Of a stretch of DNA of 64,000 nucleotides, positions 41,682-50,961 are shown one piece after another. The notes beneath the pieces are model-generated. The model ran no database searches. It had not been told where the DNA came from and was given only the letters and a program-made list of their open reading frames with translations. The DNA is from an uncultured Gammaproteobacteria bacterium. Lineage in GTDB: Bacteria > Pseudomonadota > Gammaproteobacteria > Competibacterales > Competibacteraceae. The position numbers and the translations under genes are program-made. The stretch's first letter is position 1; each line of letters opens with the position of its first letter. The stretch spans positions 2,541 through 66,540 of the forward strand of contig CAVOKM010000007.1 in assembly GCA_963696515.1 (NCBI GenBank). Reading direction: 5' to 3'.

Positions 41682-44600
41682 ACGACGATCCCTTCTTCAT
41701 CAGGGCAAGGTTTCAAAGAGTCCGGTAAGTCAATCCCAGGTGTGGAGAGCGTCTTAATCCCTTCTTCATCAGGGCAAGGTTTCAAAGCTCACCAATTACA
41801 GCAACGAACGAGATTGTTTTGGTCTTAATCCCTTCTTCATCAGGGCAAGGTTTCAAAGCTGGAGATTTACTGCCAGTTGTTTGACCGTTATAGTCTTAAT
41901 CCCTTCTTCATCAGGGCAAGGTTTCAAAGCTTATGGATTTCATGCATAAGGGTATGCTGTCGGTCTTAATCCCTTCTTCATCAGGGCAAGGTTTCAAAGC
42001 ATCTGCTCGAGCGGCGTATCACCGTTACAGCCGTCTTAATCCCTTCTTCATCAGGGCAAGGTTTCAAAGGTCTCTTCGGAGAGTACTGCCTGATGAGCTC
42101 TGTCTTAATCCCTTCTTCATCAGGGCAAGGTTTCAAAGGACGCTGGGCAAGTACATCAACCAGTTGGAAGGTCTTAATCCCTTCTTCATCAGGGCAAGGT
42201 TTCAAAGCAGGGGCAGTGAAATCATTGCAAGCTGCCGAGAGAGTCTTAATCCCTTCTTCATCAGGGCAAGGTTTCAAAGATCCGGCACTTGCCGGATACT
42301 TATGGAATGACTAGGTCTTAATCCCTTCTTCATCAGGGCAAGGTTTCAAAGCAGGGGCAGTGAAATCATTGCAAGCTGCCGAGAGAGTCTTAATCCCTTC
42401 TTCATCAGGGCAAGGTTTCAAAGATCCGGCACTTGCCGGATACTTATGGAATGACTAGGTCTTAATCCCTTCTTCATCAGGGCAAGGTTTCAAAGACTGC
42501 TTGCAAGGGATGTTGCAATCGCCGCTGATAAGTCTTAATCCCTTCTTCATCAGGGCAAGGTTTCAAAGCTCACCAATTACAGCAACGAACGAGATTGTTT
42601 TGGTCTTAATCCCTTCTTCATCAGGGCAAGGTTTCAAAGCTGGAGATTTACTGCCAGTTGTTTGACCGTTATAGTCTTAATCCCTTCTTCATCAGGGCAA
42701 GGTTTCAAAGGTAACAAAAGTGTTAGGTAACGCGGCCCTCAAGATGTCTTAATCCCTTCTTCATCAGGGCAAGGTTTCAAAGATTTTCAAACGCTAAGCT
42801 TGAATGGTTGATGGGGTCTTAATCCCTTCTTCATCAGGGCAAGGTTTCAAAAACCCTTAACGAAGTAAACCGAAATGACCACTCCGTCTTAATCCCTTCT
42901 TCATCAGGGCAAGGTTTCAAAGGTGAACTCCGTAAAGATCGAGCTGAACTCGCGGTGTCTTAATCCCTTCTTCATCAGGGCAAGGTTTCAAAACACTGGT
43001 AGGCTCAAACCCATACGTTGCTGTAGGTCTTAATCCCTTCTTCATCAGGGCAAGGTTTCAAAGGAATTCATGGTCAAAGGCATGGCGGCGAACTCGGTCT
43101 TAATCCCTTCTTCATCAGGGCAAGGTTTCAAAAAGCCGGAAAATTCAATCAGCTATTGCTATTAGTCTTAATCCCTTCTTCATCAGGGCAAGGTTTCAAA
43201 AACGCATTGAAAGGACTGCAATAAAAGGAATGGAGTCTTAATCCCTTCTTCATCAGGGCAAGGTTTCAAAGATTGCGGAATTAGACATTCCGAAAGATTC
43301 CGAGTCTTAATCCCTTCTTCATCAGGGCAAGGTTTCAAACCAGGTGCATGAATGAAACGCAGTCGTTCACTCCCCCCTGACTACCCTGACTTTGACGGGG
43401 CAGAATGGAGAAAGAGAACAAAGGTAAAAGAGATGAGTTTACCGATTTCATGCACCTGAGAGATCACAGACTGCGACAGATAGATGACGCCTACGTCCGG
43501 TCATAGGAAAAGGAGGAGTTGCGCGGGCTGTAGTTGCGGCTGTTGGCGGATCTCAAGGAGGAGCGGGAGCGGTTGAACCAAGGGCCGACCAACAGCTCGC
43601 GCAAGCCGAGCAGTCGGGCGCCGTGGGACCGGGGCGAGACAGTGTCGAGCCCGACGAGGCCGAGGTGTGCTCGGCGGTGGCGGCAGAACCGGACGAGGCG
43701 ACCGCCACCACGGGCTAATCGGCGGCGGTCGACACCGCCGCCCCCCTGGCGGCGGTGAAAGCGGAAAGGAAAGTGGGAAAGCAGAAAGGAGAGAAGGGGG
43801 TGGGAAGGACACAGGTCTTCAAGGCGAAGGAGGAGATACCTCACTATACCGATGTTTGCGCCGGCTGCGGACAGGTGCTGGCAGACCCGGTAGGGGCGGT
43901 AGCCATACCGGTTTACAGGCGGTGGACCTGCGGAGGGGAGAGGCGGAAGAGATGGGGTTGAGACTGTGGGTGGTGGAACACCGCTATTATGAGGTGCTCT
44001 GCGCCTGCGGGCATCACTCCCGGGCGACGGCGGGTAGGGGTGAAGTCGATACGCTGCTGGCCGGGGTGGAACTGAGCGAATGGCGGGTGGTAGGAAAAGG
44101 CTTGGCGGGGTTGATCGTAGAACTGAGACTGCGGTTAAGGCTGTCGCGGGCGCGAATTAAGGAATTACTGAGAGAGTGGCTGGGGGTGGAACTGAGCATC
44201 GGCACGATCCACCAGACGCTCCACGAAGACGCCGCCGAGTTGGCCACGGCGGAAGAAGAGTTGGTGGACGCAGTGCTGGACAGAGGTCTGCTGCACGACG
44301 ATGAAACGTCCTGGCTGGAGCGGGGACAGACGCTGTGGCTGTGGGTGTTCACCGCTGCCACCGTCACCCTGTACTCCGTAGATGGCTGGGGCAAGGAACT
44401 GGTCGAGAAAGTGCTGGAGGGCTTCACCGGCTGGCTGATGAGCGACGGCTGGGTCTCCTACCGACACTAAGAGAGGCGGTTGAGCTGCTGGGAGCAACTG
44501 ATATGCAAGGCGAGAGGCTTGGCTGAAAGCTAAGATAGAGAAGAGCGGGACTTTGGCTGACAGGTGCTAGACACCCTCAACGCCCTGGTGGCGGCGGTGT

Positions 44601-45212
44601 ACGCCGCGCGGGAAGGCCCGCGACGAATGCAGACCCAACATGCGCCCCTCCTGGCCGAGCTGCGCGCCGCCTGCGAGCAGCACCAGGGCCACCCGCACGC
44701 CAAGACCCACGCTCTGGCGGTGGAGTTGCTCAACGACTGGGACGAGATCTTCCAGGTCTTGCACCATGCTGAACTGCCGCTGACCAACAACGACGCGGAG
44801 CGGGAGCTGCGGCACTGGGTGATCGCCCGCAAGATCAGTCACGGCACCCGCACCGCCACGGGCTCGCGGGTCTTCGCTCTGCTGGCCAGCGTCATCGACA
44901 CTTGTCGGCAACGCGGCCACTCGCCCTGGCTCTATATTGAAACGGCTATCGCCGACCGGCGCGCCGGCCTTCCTCTCGCACCTCTGCCGCAGCCGGGGGG
45001 GTGAACGACTGCAATGAAACTATATATCGGAAATGGTCTTAATCCCTTCTTCATCAGGGCAAGGTTTCAAATCTAACAACCTGGAGTATAACTCTGAAAC
45101 CACGAGTCTTAATCCCTTCTTCATCAGGGCAAGGTTTCAAAAAGGTTATATCCTAGTCACCGGAGATTATGACGGAGTCTTAATCCCTTCTTCATCAGGG
45201 CAAGGTTTCAAA
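41682..45212 (-). CRISPR. CRISPR array, 27 repeats / 26 spacers; repeat (C)TTTGAAACCTTGCCCTGATGAAGAAGGGATTAAGAC
   Basis: 36-nt repeats with about 32-37-nt spacers; CCCT/AGGG stem followed by 8-nt ATTAAGAC handle; truncated trailer repeat at 41682; leader towards the cas genes. Confidence 0.98.
43359..45012 (+). mobile_element. IS66-family single-ORF element inserted in a spacer; transposase degenerate
   Basis: TIR GCAGTCGTTCAC; 8-bp TSD AATGAAAC; NSSRKPSS, H(D)DETSW, SDGW, LPLTNNDAERELR motifs with several stops. Confidence 0.92.
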
Positions 45213-45360
45213 GCCCTCGTTGCCAAAAAACAATTCAAAACAACTACTTGAAAAGGTGGTTGCCAGAATTTTCGTTGTTTGAAAAGTTATCTTTTTTGCC
45301 ATGGCGCAACAGCGTTGCTTTCGTGCAAAAACCGGCAGCGAAGAAATCAAAACTTGACTG
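45213..45360 (-). promoter_or_regulatory. CRISPR leader
   Basis: AT-rich non-coding region next to the last intact repeat. Confidence 0.65.
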
Positions 45361-45422
45361 AGCGTAGCAGAAAATTAAACGGTGGTTGATCTATCGTTCG
45401 AGGGGCGGGATGCCTGCTCGGT

Positions 45423-45989
45423 TCAGGACGCCTCCAACACCCCCTCATAAACCTCCGCGATGGCCAAGTCCAATCCGACGCTGCGCAGGTTAAAATTCCC
45501 CTCGGTTTCATACACCTCCAAATCCCAGCCGGTCTCACGCCGGTACACCTCCACCCGCCGCACCTCCTGCGCCACCAGCACATACTCCTCCAAACTCGGC
45601 AAGCGGCGGTACGCATAAAACTTGTCCGAGCGGTCGTCGCGTTCGGTGGAATCCGACAGCACCTCCACGACCAGCTTCGGCTGCTCGACAACATACGGAT
45701 CGGTGTCGCCGGTTTCACAACCAACCACGACATCCGGATAATAAAACCGCTCGCGCCAGTCCCAGGCCACGTGCACCTTGACATTGCCAATAAACACCCG
45801 GCAGGGTGTATTTCTAAGATGCCCATGGAGAACGCGAGCCATATTGAACGAGATCAGGTTATGCGCCTTGGTTCCACCCGCCATCGCATAGACATCGCCA
45901 TCCACATACTCATGGCGGACCCTGGCCGCCTTCTCGCCTTCCAGATACTCAGCGGGCGTAACAGAATGTTTAGGCGCCAACTCAACCAT
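45423..45989 (-). CDS. Uma2 (DUF820) family endonuclease
   Basis: RHEYVDG..YAMAGG, YYPDVVV, VEVLSDST, EYVLV; GGAGG RBS. Confidence 0.92.
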   Translation of the reverse strand: MVELAPKHSVTPAEYLEGEKAARVRHEYVDGDVYAMAGGTKAHNLISFNMARVLHGHLRNTPCRVFIGNVKVHVAWDWRERFYYPDVVVGCETGDTDPYVVEQPKLVVEVLSDSTERDDRSDKFYAYRRLPSLEEYVLVAQEVRRVEVYRRETGWDLEVYETEGNFNLRSVGLDLAIAEVYEGVLEAS

Positions 45990-46102
45990 AACCACCTCCA
46001 CAATAACGAATATTTCCAACATGTTATACCGCTCGAAGCGCATCAAGCTCCAATCGCGCGACGGGAAGTAGCCGTTCGAGGGGATAAGTCTTTGAAACTG
46101 CG

Positions 46103-46139
46103 GCCCTCACCCCCAACCCCTCTCCCAAAGGGCGAGGGG
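46103..46139. repeat. 37-bp REP-like element, exact reverse complement of 48714-48750
   Basis: GCCCTCACCCCCAACCCCTCTCCCAAAGGGCGAGGGG. Confidence 0.8.
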
Positions 46140-46148
46140 AGAGAACGG

Positions 46149-46506
46149 TTACGTTACGAACAAATCCTCCTGCTGGATCGACCGCGCCGCCTCCGCGCCC
46201 AGCCGCAGCACGTTATGCCCGTCGCGGATCAGCAAAATATCGTCGGGAAACATCTGCGGCCCCAGCAACACTACCTCCGCCCGCTCCGGCAACGGATAGC
46301 AGCGCACATCGTCCTTGCGTGGATCGATGATCCGCTCCAGACCGCGCAACACTCCTTCCAGCGAATGCTCGAAGAACGCGCCCACGAACACCGAGTACTG
46401 CACCCGCCAGGCAAACTTCTCCAAATACCGTGCCACCCGAGCTCAACCGCTTCGGGTCCTCGGCAATGTCGTAGCAAATCAGATAAAGCCGCCGTTGCCG
46501 CGCCAT
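46149..46506 (-). CDS. cas2: Cas2, second copy (1-nt frameshift near 46440)
   Basis: YLICYDIAEDPKRL / VARYLEKFAWRVQYSVF...DDVRCY. Confidence 0.85.
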
Positions 46507-46509
46507 GAT

Positions 46510-47320
46510 TCAAGTCTCCAGCCATTGTCCCAAGCGGCCCAGCAACATCCGCCCAAAACGGAACATCTCCTCCCGCCGCGTCTCGACCAGCGCCACCAAA
46601 TCCCGGTCATCGCCCCAGATCCGGCCCCGCCTCGTCCCGGCGCCGCGCCGCGGTCAACACCGGCTCCGCCAGCGCCCAACCTAACAACTCCGCCAAATCG
46701 TCCACCAGATGCAACGGCTCCAGATGCGCCAACCGTTCCGCGTTCAACCCCGCCTCCACCAGCAATTGCGCGCTCAACCCTGCCAGCAACCCGCGCAGCC
46801 GCCGCATGACCGCTGCATCCGGCGCCGCGACAGCCGCCCGTGGCCCGACTGGCGCCAAACCGCGCCATGCCAGCACCGGACCCGTGCAAACACCCACCTG
46901 TTGCAACTGTTGCTCCAGCGCCCGCCGGGCGTGGCCCGCCATCATCCGCCGCCAGTCCGCGTACCGGCTCAAACCGTCGGACCGGAGCAGGCAGGCGCGC
47001 AACCGCAGGTACAGCCCAGAGTCGCCGGACGATGGCCCGAACAGATAACCCCGCACGCCGCCGTCCCCATCCAGGAACGTTACCGGAACGCCGGCCTCGG
47101 CGCAGGCCAGCAAGGCGTCGCAGCTCCAGCGCACTCCGCCCTTGCTCAGCACCCGCGCCAGCCGCGCCAGCGGATAAAACACCGCCGCCCGTTCCGGCTG
47201 CCGGACCCGCAGCGCTGGCCCGTCCAACTCCACCTCCAAACCATTCCGCCCTTGCAGATACAACGGCTTGCGCGAACCCTCCGCGTGCTCTTCCAGCAAA
47301 CCGTGAAATTCAGCTCGCAT
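46510..47320 (-). CDS. Degenerate Cas1 paralogue (about 270 aa; frameshift near 46620)
   Basis: Cas1 N-terminal beta domain (PLYL...LDGPALRV...PLARLARV...AGVPVTFLD..G) and eroded AGLN...DLAE; lacks LEGxAA and RRPPxDxxN. Confidence 0.7.
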
Positions 47321-48281
47321 CGTCTCCGCCCTCCGGCAACGCCGGCGCTCGCCCGCTCAGCCAATTCGCCAGCCGGTAGCACTCCCACCGCAGATAGCGG
47401 CGCAGCGGCGGAACCCAGAACTCGTAACCGGCGTAAAAGGTCTGCCGGCCCGGTTTGTCCAGCAAACAGGCTCCCTTGTCGAACAGAAAATCCTCCGCCC
47501 GCAGCCGCCGCTCGCGGAATAGCGCCCACACCCAACCGTCCAGCCGGGGCCGCAGCGGCTCGATCAGATCGCACGCCAGCGATTCGCGGCCATAAGCGGG
47601 TTCATGAAAAAAACCGAGCAAGGGGTCCAGCCCCGCGCCGTGCGCGGCGCGCACCGCCTCGAAATGCAACAGCGTGTAACCCAGCGACAGACAGGCGTTA
47701 ACCGGATCGCGCGGCGGGCGACGGTTGCGCCCGGTGAAGTTCAGCGACGGTGGGAACAGCGCGGTCAGACCCCCGTAATGCGCCGCCGCCCCAGCACCTT
47801 CCAGCCCGAGCAGCACATCCCGATCGGCCGCACCGCCCACGTCCGGCAGCAGCCGGCGCAGGGTTTCCAGCGCATCGTGCAACGGCTTGCGGACATCGGG
47901 CCGCTGCCCCAGCGCGGCGTCGAGCAGGCGGATTTGCGCCCGCAGCTTGCCCGCGATCAACTGGCGGGCCAGCGGCAACCGGGCTTCCGGATCCAGCGCC
48001 AGTTGATATTGCGCCAGCCGGCGGCGAGCGTCGCCGTGGCCAGGACCGAGCACAATCGCGGTGCGCCGGCTGTGCCGGGCGCTCAAGCACACCACGCTGG
48101 TTCCCTGCTCAGCCAGCGCCCCCAGCACCCCGCTGTCGAACCGCACCAATCCGCGCAGCACCACCCGCTCCAGCAACGCCAGCGGCACCCCGCGCGGCCG
48201 GGCTTCCGGCTCCTCAATCACCAACCGCTTGCTATCCAGCCGCAAATTCAGATTGCGGCGATCCAGATAGAGCGTACCCAT
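47310..48281 (-). CDS. cas1: Cas1 integrase
   Basis: LLGLEGAGAAAHY, RNRRPPRDPVNACLSLGY, GFFH, LACDLIEP. Confidence 0.96.
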   Translation of the reverse strand: MGTLYLDRRNLNLRLDSKRLVIEEPEARPRGVPLALLERVVLRGLVRFDSGVLGALAEQGTSVVCLSARHSRRTAIVLGPGHGDARRRLAQYQLALDPEARLPLARQLIAGKLRAQIRLLDAALGQRPDVRKPLHDALETLRRLLPDVGGAADRDVLLGLEGAGAAAHYGGLTALFPPSLNFTGRNRRPPRDPVNACLSLGYTLLHFEAVRAAHGAGLDPLLGFFHEPAYGRESLACDLIEPLRPRLDGWVWALFRERRLRAEDFLFDKGACLLDKPGRQTFYAGYEFWVPPLRRYLRWECYRLANWLSGRAPALPEGGDDAS

Positions 48282-48347
48282 GTTGCACCTCGCATGTTTC
48301 ACTCCCCTCGCCCTCTGGGAGAGGGGGCCGGGGTGGGGGAAAAATAC

Positions 48348-48632
48348 TCACCCTACGTAATAGAACTCCGGATCGCTTGGCCGAACCGCGATGCCCAGCC
48401 CGCGAATGCCCCGGTCATCCGGCAGCGGCAGCAACAGAAAACGATCCTCGCGCGGCTCGAGCACCTCGCGAATCGCATCCAGCAGCGCCAGCCGTTCGCG
48501 GGCGGTCAGAAAGCACTCGAACACCGACTTCTGCCCGCCGCAGGCGTAGCCTTTCAGCACCCGCAGCGCCGCCTGCAACCGATCGGGATCGGTCACGTCG
48601 TAGGCGGCGAGGTATAAGAGACGGGCGGACAT
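48348..48632 (-). CDS. cas2: Cas2
   Basis: YLAAYDV, QKSVFEC, EDRF. Confidence 0.92.
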   Translation of the reverse strand: MSARLLYLAAYDVTDPDRLQAALRVLKGYACGGQKSVFECFLTARERLALLDAIREVLEPREDRFLLLPLPDDRGIRGLGIAVRPSDPEFYYVG

Positions 48633-48695
48633 CGGTGTTCTCCGGCGATCAACCTGGCCATGGTTATACGCCGGCGCGAGCGAATCGGCGGGAAC

Positions 48696-48707
48696 GGCAA
48701 GCTTGCC
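48696..48707. promoter_or_regulatory. Palindromic operator candidate upstream of cas2-cas1
   Basis: GGCAAGCTTGCC, 27 nt before TATAAC on the minus strand. Confidence 0.6.
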
Positions 48708-48713
48708 AAGACA

Positions 48714-48750
48714 CCCCTCGCCCTTTGGGAGAGGGGTTGGGGGTGAGGGC
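48714..48750. repeat. 37-bp REP-like element (degenerate third copy at about 48304-48339)
   Basis: CCCCTCGCCCTTTGGGAGAGGGGTTGGGGGTGAGGGC. Confidence 0.8.
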
Positions 48751-48753
48751 GCT

Positions 48754-49053
48754 TCAATCCAGCCGAACGGCTGTCACCCGATATTCTTCCAGCCGCGCCC
48801 CGAAGCGGCGCAGATCGGCGGCGGACAACTCCCGCCCGCGCCATTCCGGTGGCAGTTCCAGGCTCAGGTGCAGATAGCGCCCGCCGCACTGGCAAACCCG
48901 CGCCGCCAGGTGGATCGGCAGGGTGCCGATCACCACATCGCCGGGCTGGATGGTATCGGGATCGAGATGAGCGAGCCGCGCATTCACGGCGATGCCTTCC
49001 CCGGCGGCCCAGTCCAGCGCGCCGGGATGGCGGGTGACGAAGAGGGTGGTCAT
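48754..49053 (-). CDS. csx16: CRISPR-associated Csx16 (putative ring nuclease)
   Basis: FVTRHPGALDW, GDVVIGTLPIHLAA, RGRELS. Confidence 0.9.
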   Translation of the reverse strand: MTTLFVTRHPGALDWAAGEGIAVNARLAHLDPDTIQPGDVVIGTLPIHLAARVCQCGGRYLHLSLELPPEWRGRELSAADLRRFGARLEEYRVTAVRLD

Positions 49054-49442
49054 GCGAGCAACCGATCCTGCAATTCTGGGTAATGGTGAAAAACCCCGTC
49101 CAAACTGATCAGCGCCGCGTCGTGGATCAGCGTGGTCGCGATAATCATCCGGTCAAAGGGGTCGCGGTGAATCGCCGCCAGATCCACGGCAAGGCTGGCG
49201 ATCTCCGGACTCAGCGGTAACAATCGGATTCCCGAGGGTTCCAAAGCCTCCGCGAACCATTGTGAGGTGGCGCATGGTAGCAACAGACGGCCGCGCTGGG
49301 CCGCCAGCGCGACCTCATAGCAGGACACCACCGATACGCCCAGCGACTCGCTTTCTTCCAATGCCGTCCGCATCGACGCGGAGAAAAGGTGATGTTCCAA
49401 GTTGATCCACCAGAACCAGACATGGGTATCCAGCACGATCAT
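49050..49442 (-). CDS. vapC: VapC/PIN toxin
   Basis: MIVLDTHVWFWW, HRDPFDRMIIAT. Confidence 0.9.
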   Translation of the reverse strand: MIVLDTHVWFWWINLEHHLFSASMRTALEESESLGVSVVSCYEVALAAQRGRLLLPCATSQWFAEALEPSGIRLLPLSPEIASLAVDLAAIHRDPFDRMIIATTLIHDAALISLDGVFHHYPELQDRLLA

Positions 49443-49669
49443 TTGAGGCAATCCCAATCTTCCTCCGGCACGATCGGCGCGATCAGATCGCCTAGCGTCT
49501 TGCCTTTCCCGGCGATGCTGGGCGCGGGGCGGCGCTTCGCCGGTGACGGCAACACCGGTTCGTCCAGCACCAAAAAAATGGCTTCCACCCGACGGTTGGG
49601 CGGCAGCGTGGGCAGGGTTTTCAATCGGCCCTGCGGATCGGTTTCCAATAGCATTTTTTCGGCGTACAT
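49439..49669 (-). CDS. Putative antitoxin
   Basis: 76 aa; ATGA overlap with vapC; GDLIAP...EDW tail. Confidence 0.75.
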   Translation of the reverse strand: MYAEKMLLETDPQGRLKTLPTLPPNRRVEAIFLVLDEPVLPSPAKRRPAPSIAGKGKTLGDLIAPIVPEEDWDCLK

Positions 49670-49721
49670 CTCAGCCTTACTCCAAAGCGCGATGAAGAGT
49701 GGTCATGGTTTCGATATTCCG

Positions 49722-50927
49722 TCAGGGCAGCAGGCGTTCGAGCAGATCATCCAGAAATGCCCGCAACTGCTCCGCGCTGGCCAGCGCCTTCTGGATTTCC
49801 GCCTGTGGCGACATATTGCCGTGCGCCAAGTGATTGCGGAGATCGCGCAGCAGGCAATAGCGCTCGTATTCATCCTGGCGTGGATGAATGGCCTTATTCC
49901 GCGCTTCATACTCCTTTTTGACGGTTTCCCGCTGCGTCCAGTTATCCGGATTGGTCATGCCCTGTTGCTGCATCAGCCGGGTAATGAACGCCTCGAAGCC
50001 CAACAGCGCGGCTCGCAGAAAGTCGCCGTGTTCGAGATAGAGGCGCGCCAGCGCCTGTTGCCGCAGATAAAGTCGATCCTCTCGATGCCACGACAGCCGG
50101 GCGCGCAAGGTCGGCGCGAACAAAGAACCGATTCCGGTGAGAGGTCGCCGATCAAACAGGGCGTCCAGTTCGCGCAGTTTGCCGCGGGCCTGGCCGGGTC
50201 GCGTGATGCGCTCGTAGAACGCCGATTCCCGCAACAGGCCGGCCGCCGCCGGCGACTGCTCCCGCATCAGTGTGGCGAACACCCCGTAATCGCCGTCCTT
50301 GTCGAAGGACTGCACCGCGCCGGTCCAGTCGGCGATGTCCAGCAAACCTTGCAGGTTCATGACCGGCGTCAGGCCATCGCGGGTCATGTCCAGCGCGCCA
50401 TAGTAGAGGCCGCGAACTTCGACGTTCTTTACCCGGCGCAGGTACAACGCGCTCATCTGCGCCAGCATCGGCAAATGCCGCAGGCCATGCGTCACATCCA
50501 GCGTCACCGCGTCGCCTTCGGCGGTGTCCAGAGCCATTCGCTGCAAAATCCCCACCTGCTCGTCGGTGTCGCGGCCGTATGGAATAAGGCGCAATACGAC
50601 GAGGAGCCCCAGTCGCTCGCTCACTACCGAACTCAAACGATCCAGTTCCTCTGGCGTGGTCCGATCGGCATCGGCGGATTCCGTCAGCGCCAGCAACGCC
50701 TCGTCGTGTTCCTGACCGAGCCCCAACGAGAACAGCAGCACGTCCCACATGCTGCCGGTGGTGCCCAGAATCAGCAACCGATCCGGCCTGATTTGCCGGG
50801 TGAGGCCGAGGCCAAAAAACTCCGTGGTTTGCTGTTGGCCAGCGCCGAATACATAGGTGGCTTGGCGATAACGCTTGCCTCGGTCGGGGTTGCCACGGCC
50901 GAGAAAGGAGATGAGGGTGTGGGTCAA
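49722..50927 (-). CDS. csx1: Csx1-type CARF-HEPN ribonuclease (TIGR02221-like)
   Basis: LISFLG, LGTTGSMW, LDVTHGLRHLP, YYGALDM; HEPN RNHLAH; TTG start with GGAG RBS. Confidence 0.88.
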   Translation of the reverse strand: MTHTLISFLGRGNPDRGKRYRQATYVFGAGQQQTTEFFGLGLTRQIRPDRLLILGTTGSMWDVLLFSLGLGQEHDEALLALTESADADRTTPEELDRLSSVVSERLGLLVVLRLIPYGRDTDEQVGILQRMALDTAEGDAVTLDVTHGLRHLPMLAQMSALYLRRVKNVEVRGLYYGALDMTRDGLTPVMNLQGLLDIADWTGAVQSFDKDGDYGVFATLMREQSPAAAGLLRESAFYERITRPGQARGKLRELDALFDRRPLTGIGSLFAPTLRARLSWHREDRLYLRQQALARLYLEHGDFLRAALLGFEAFITRLMQQQGMTNPDNWTQRETVKKEYEARNKAIHPRQDEYERYCLLRDLRNHLAHGNMSPQAEIQKALASAEQLRAFLDDLLERLLP

Positions 50928-50961
50928 TAAGTAGCGCTCCAAAAGCCAGGGGATTGTGGAT

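Noticed and set aside
41564-42314. ORFs with repeated KPCPDEEGIKT / LNPFFIRARFQ peptides (also 45033-45251)
   Set aside because: They are translations of the CRISPR repeats
43380-44560. Diversity-generating retroelement as the cause of the IS66 mutations
   Set aside because: No reverse transcriptase or template repeat in the window, and the changes affect C rather than A
41718-45176. Self-targeting spacers
   Set aside because: No match noticed within the window by eye; not computationally excluded
48696-48707. Reading GGCAAGCTTGC as a sigma54 promoter or a simple HindIII site
   Set aside because: GG-GC spacing is 7, not 10; the palindrome extends to 12-16 bp and is positionally conserved
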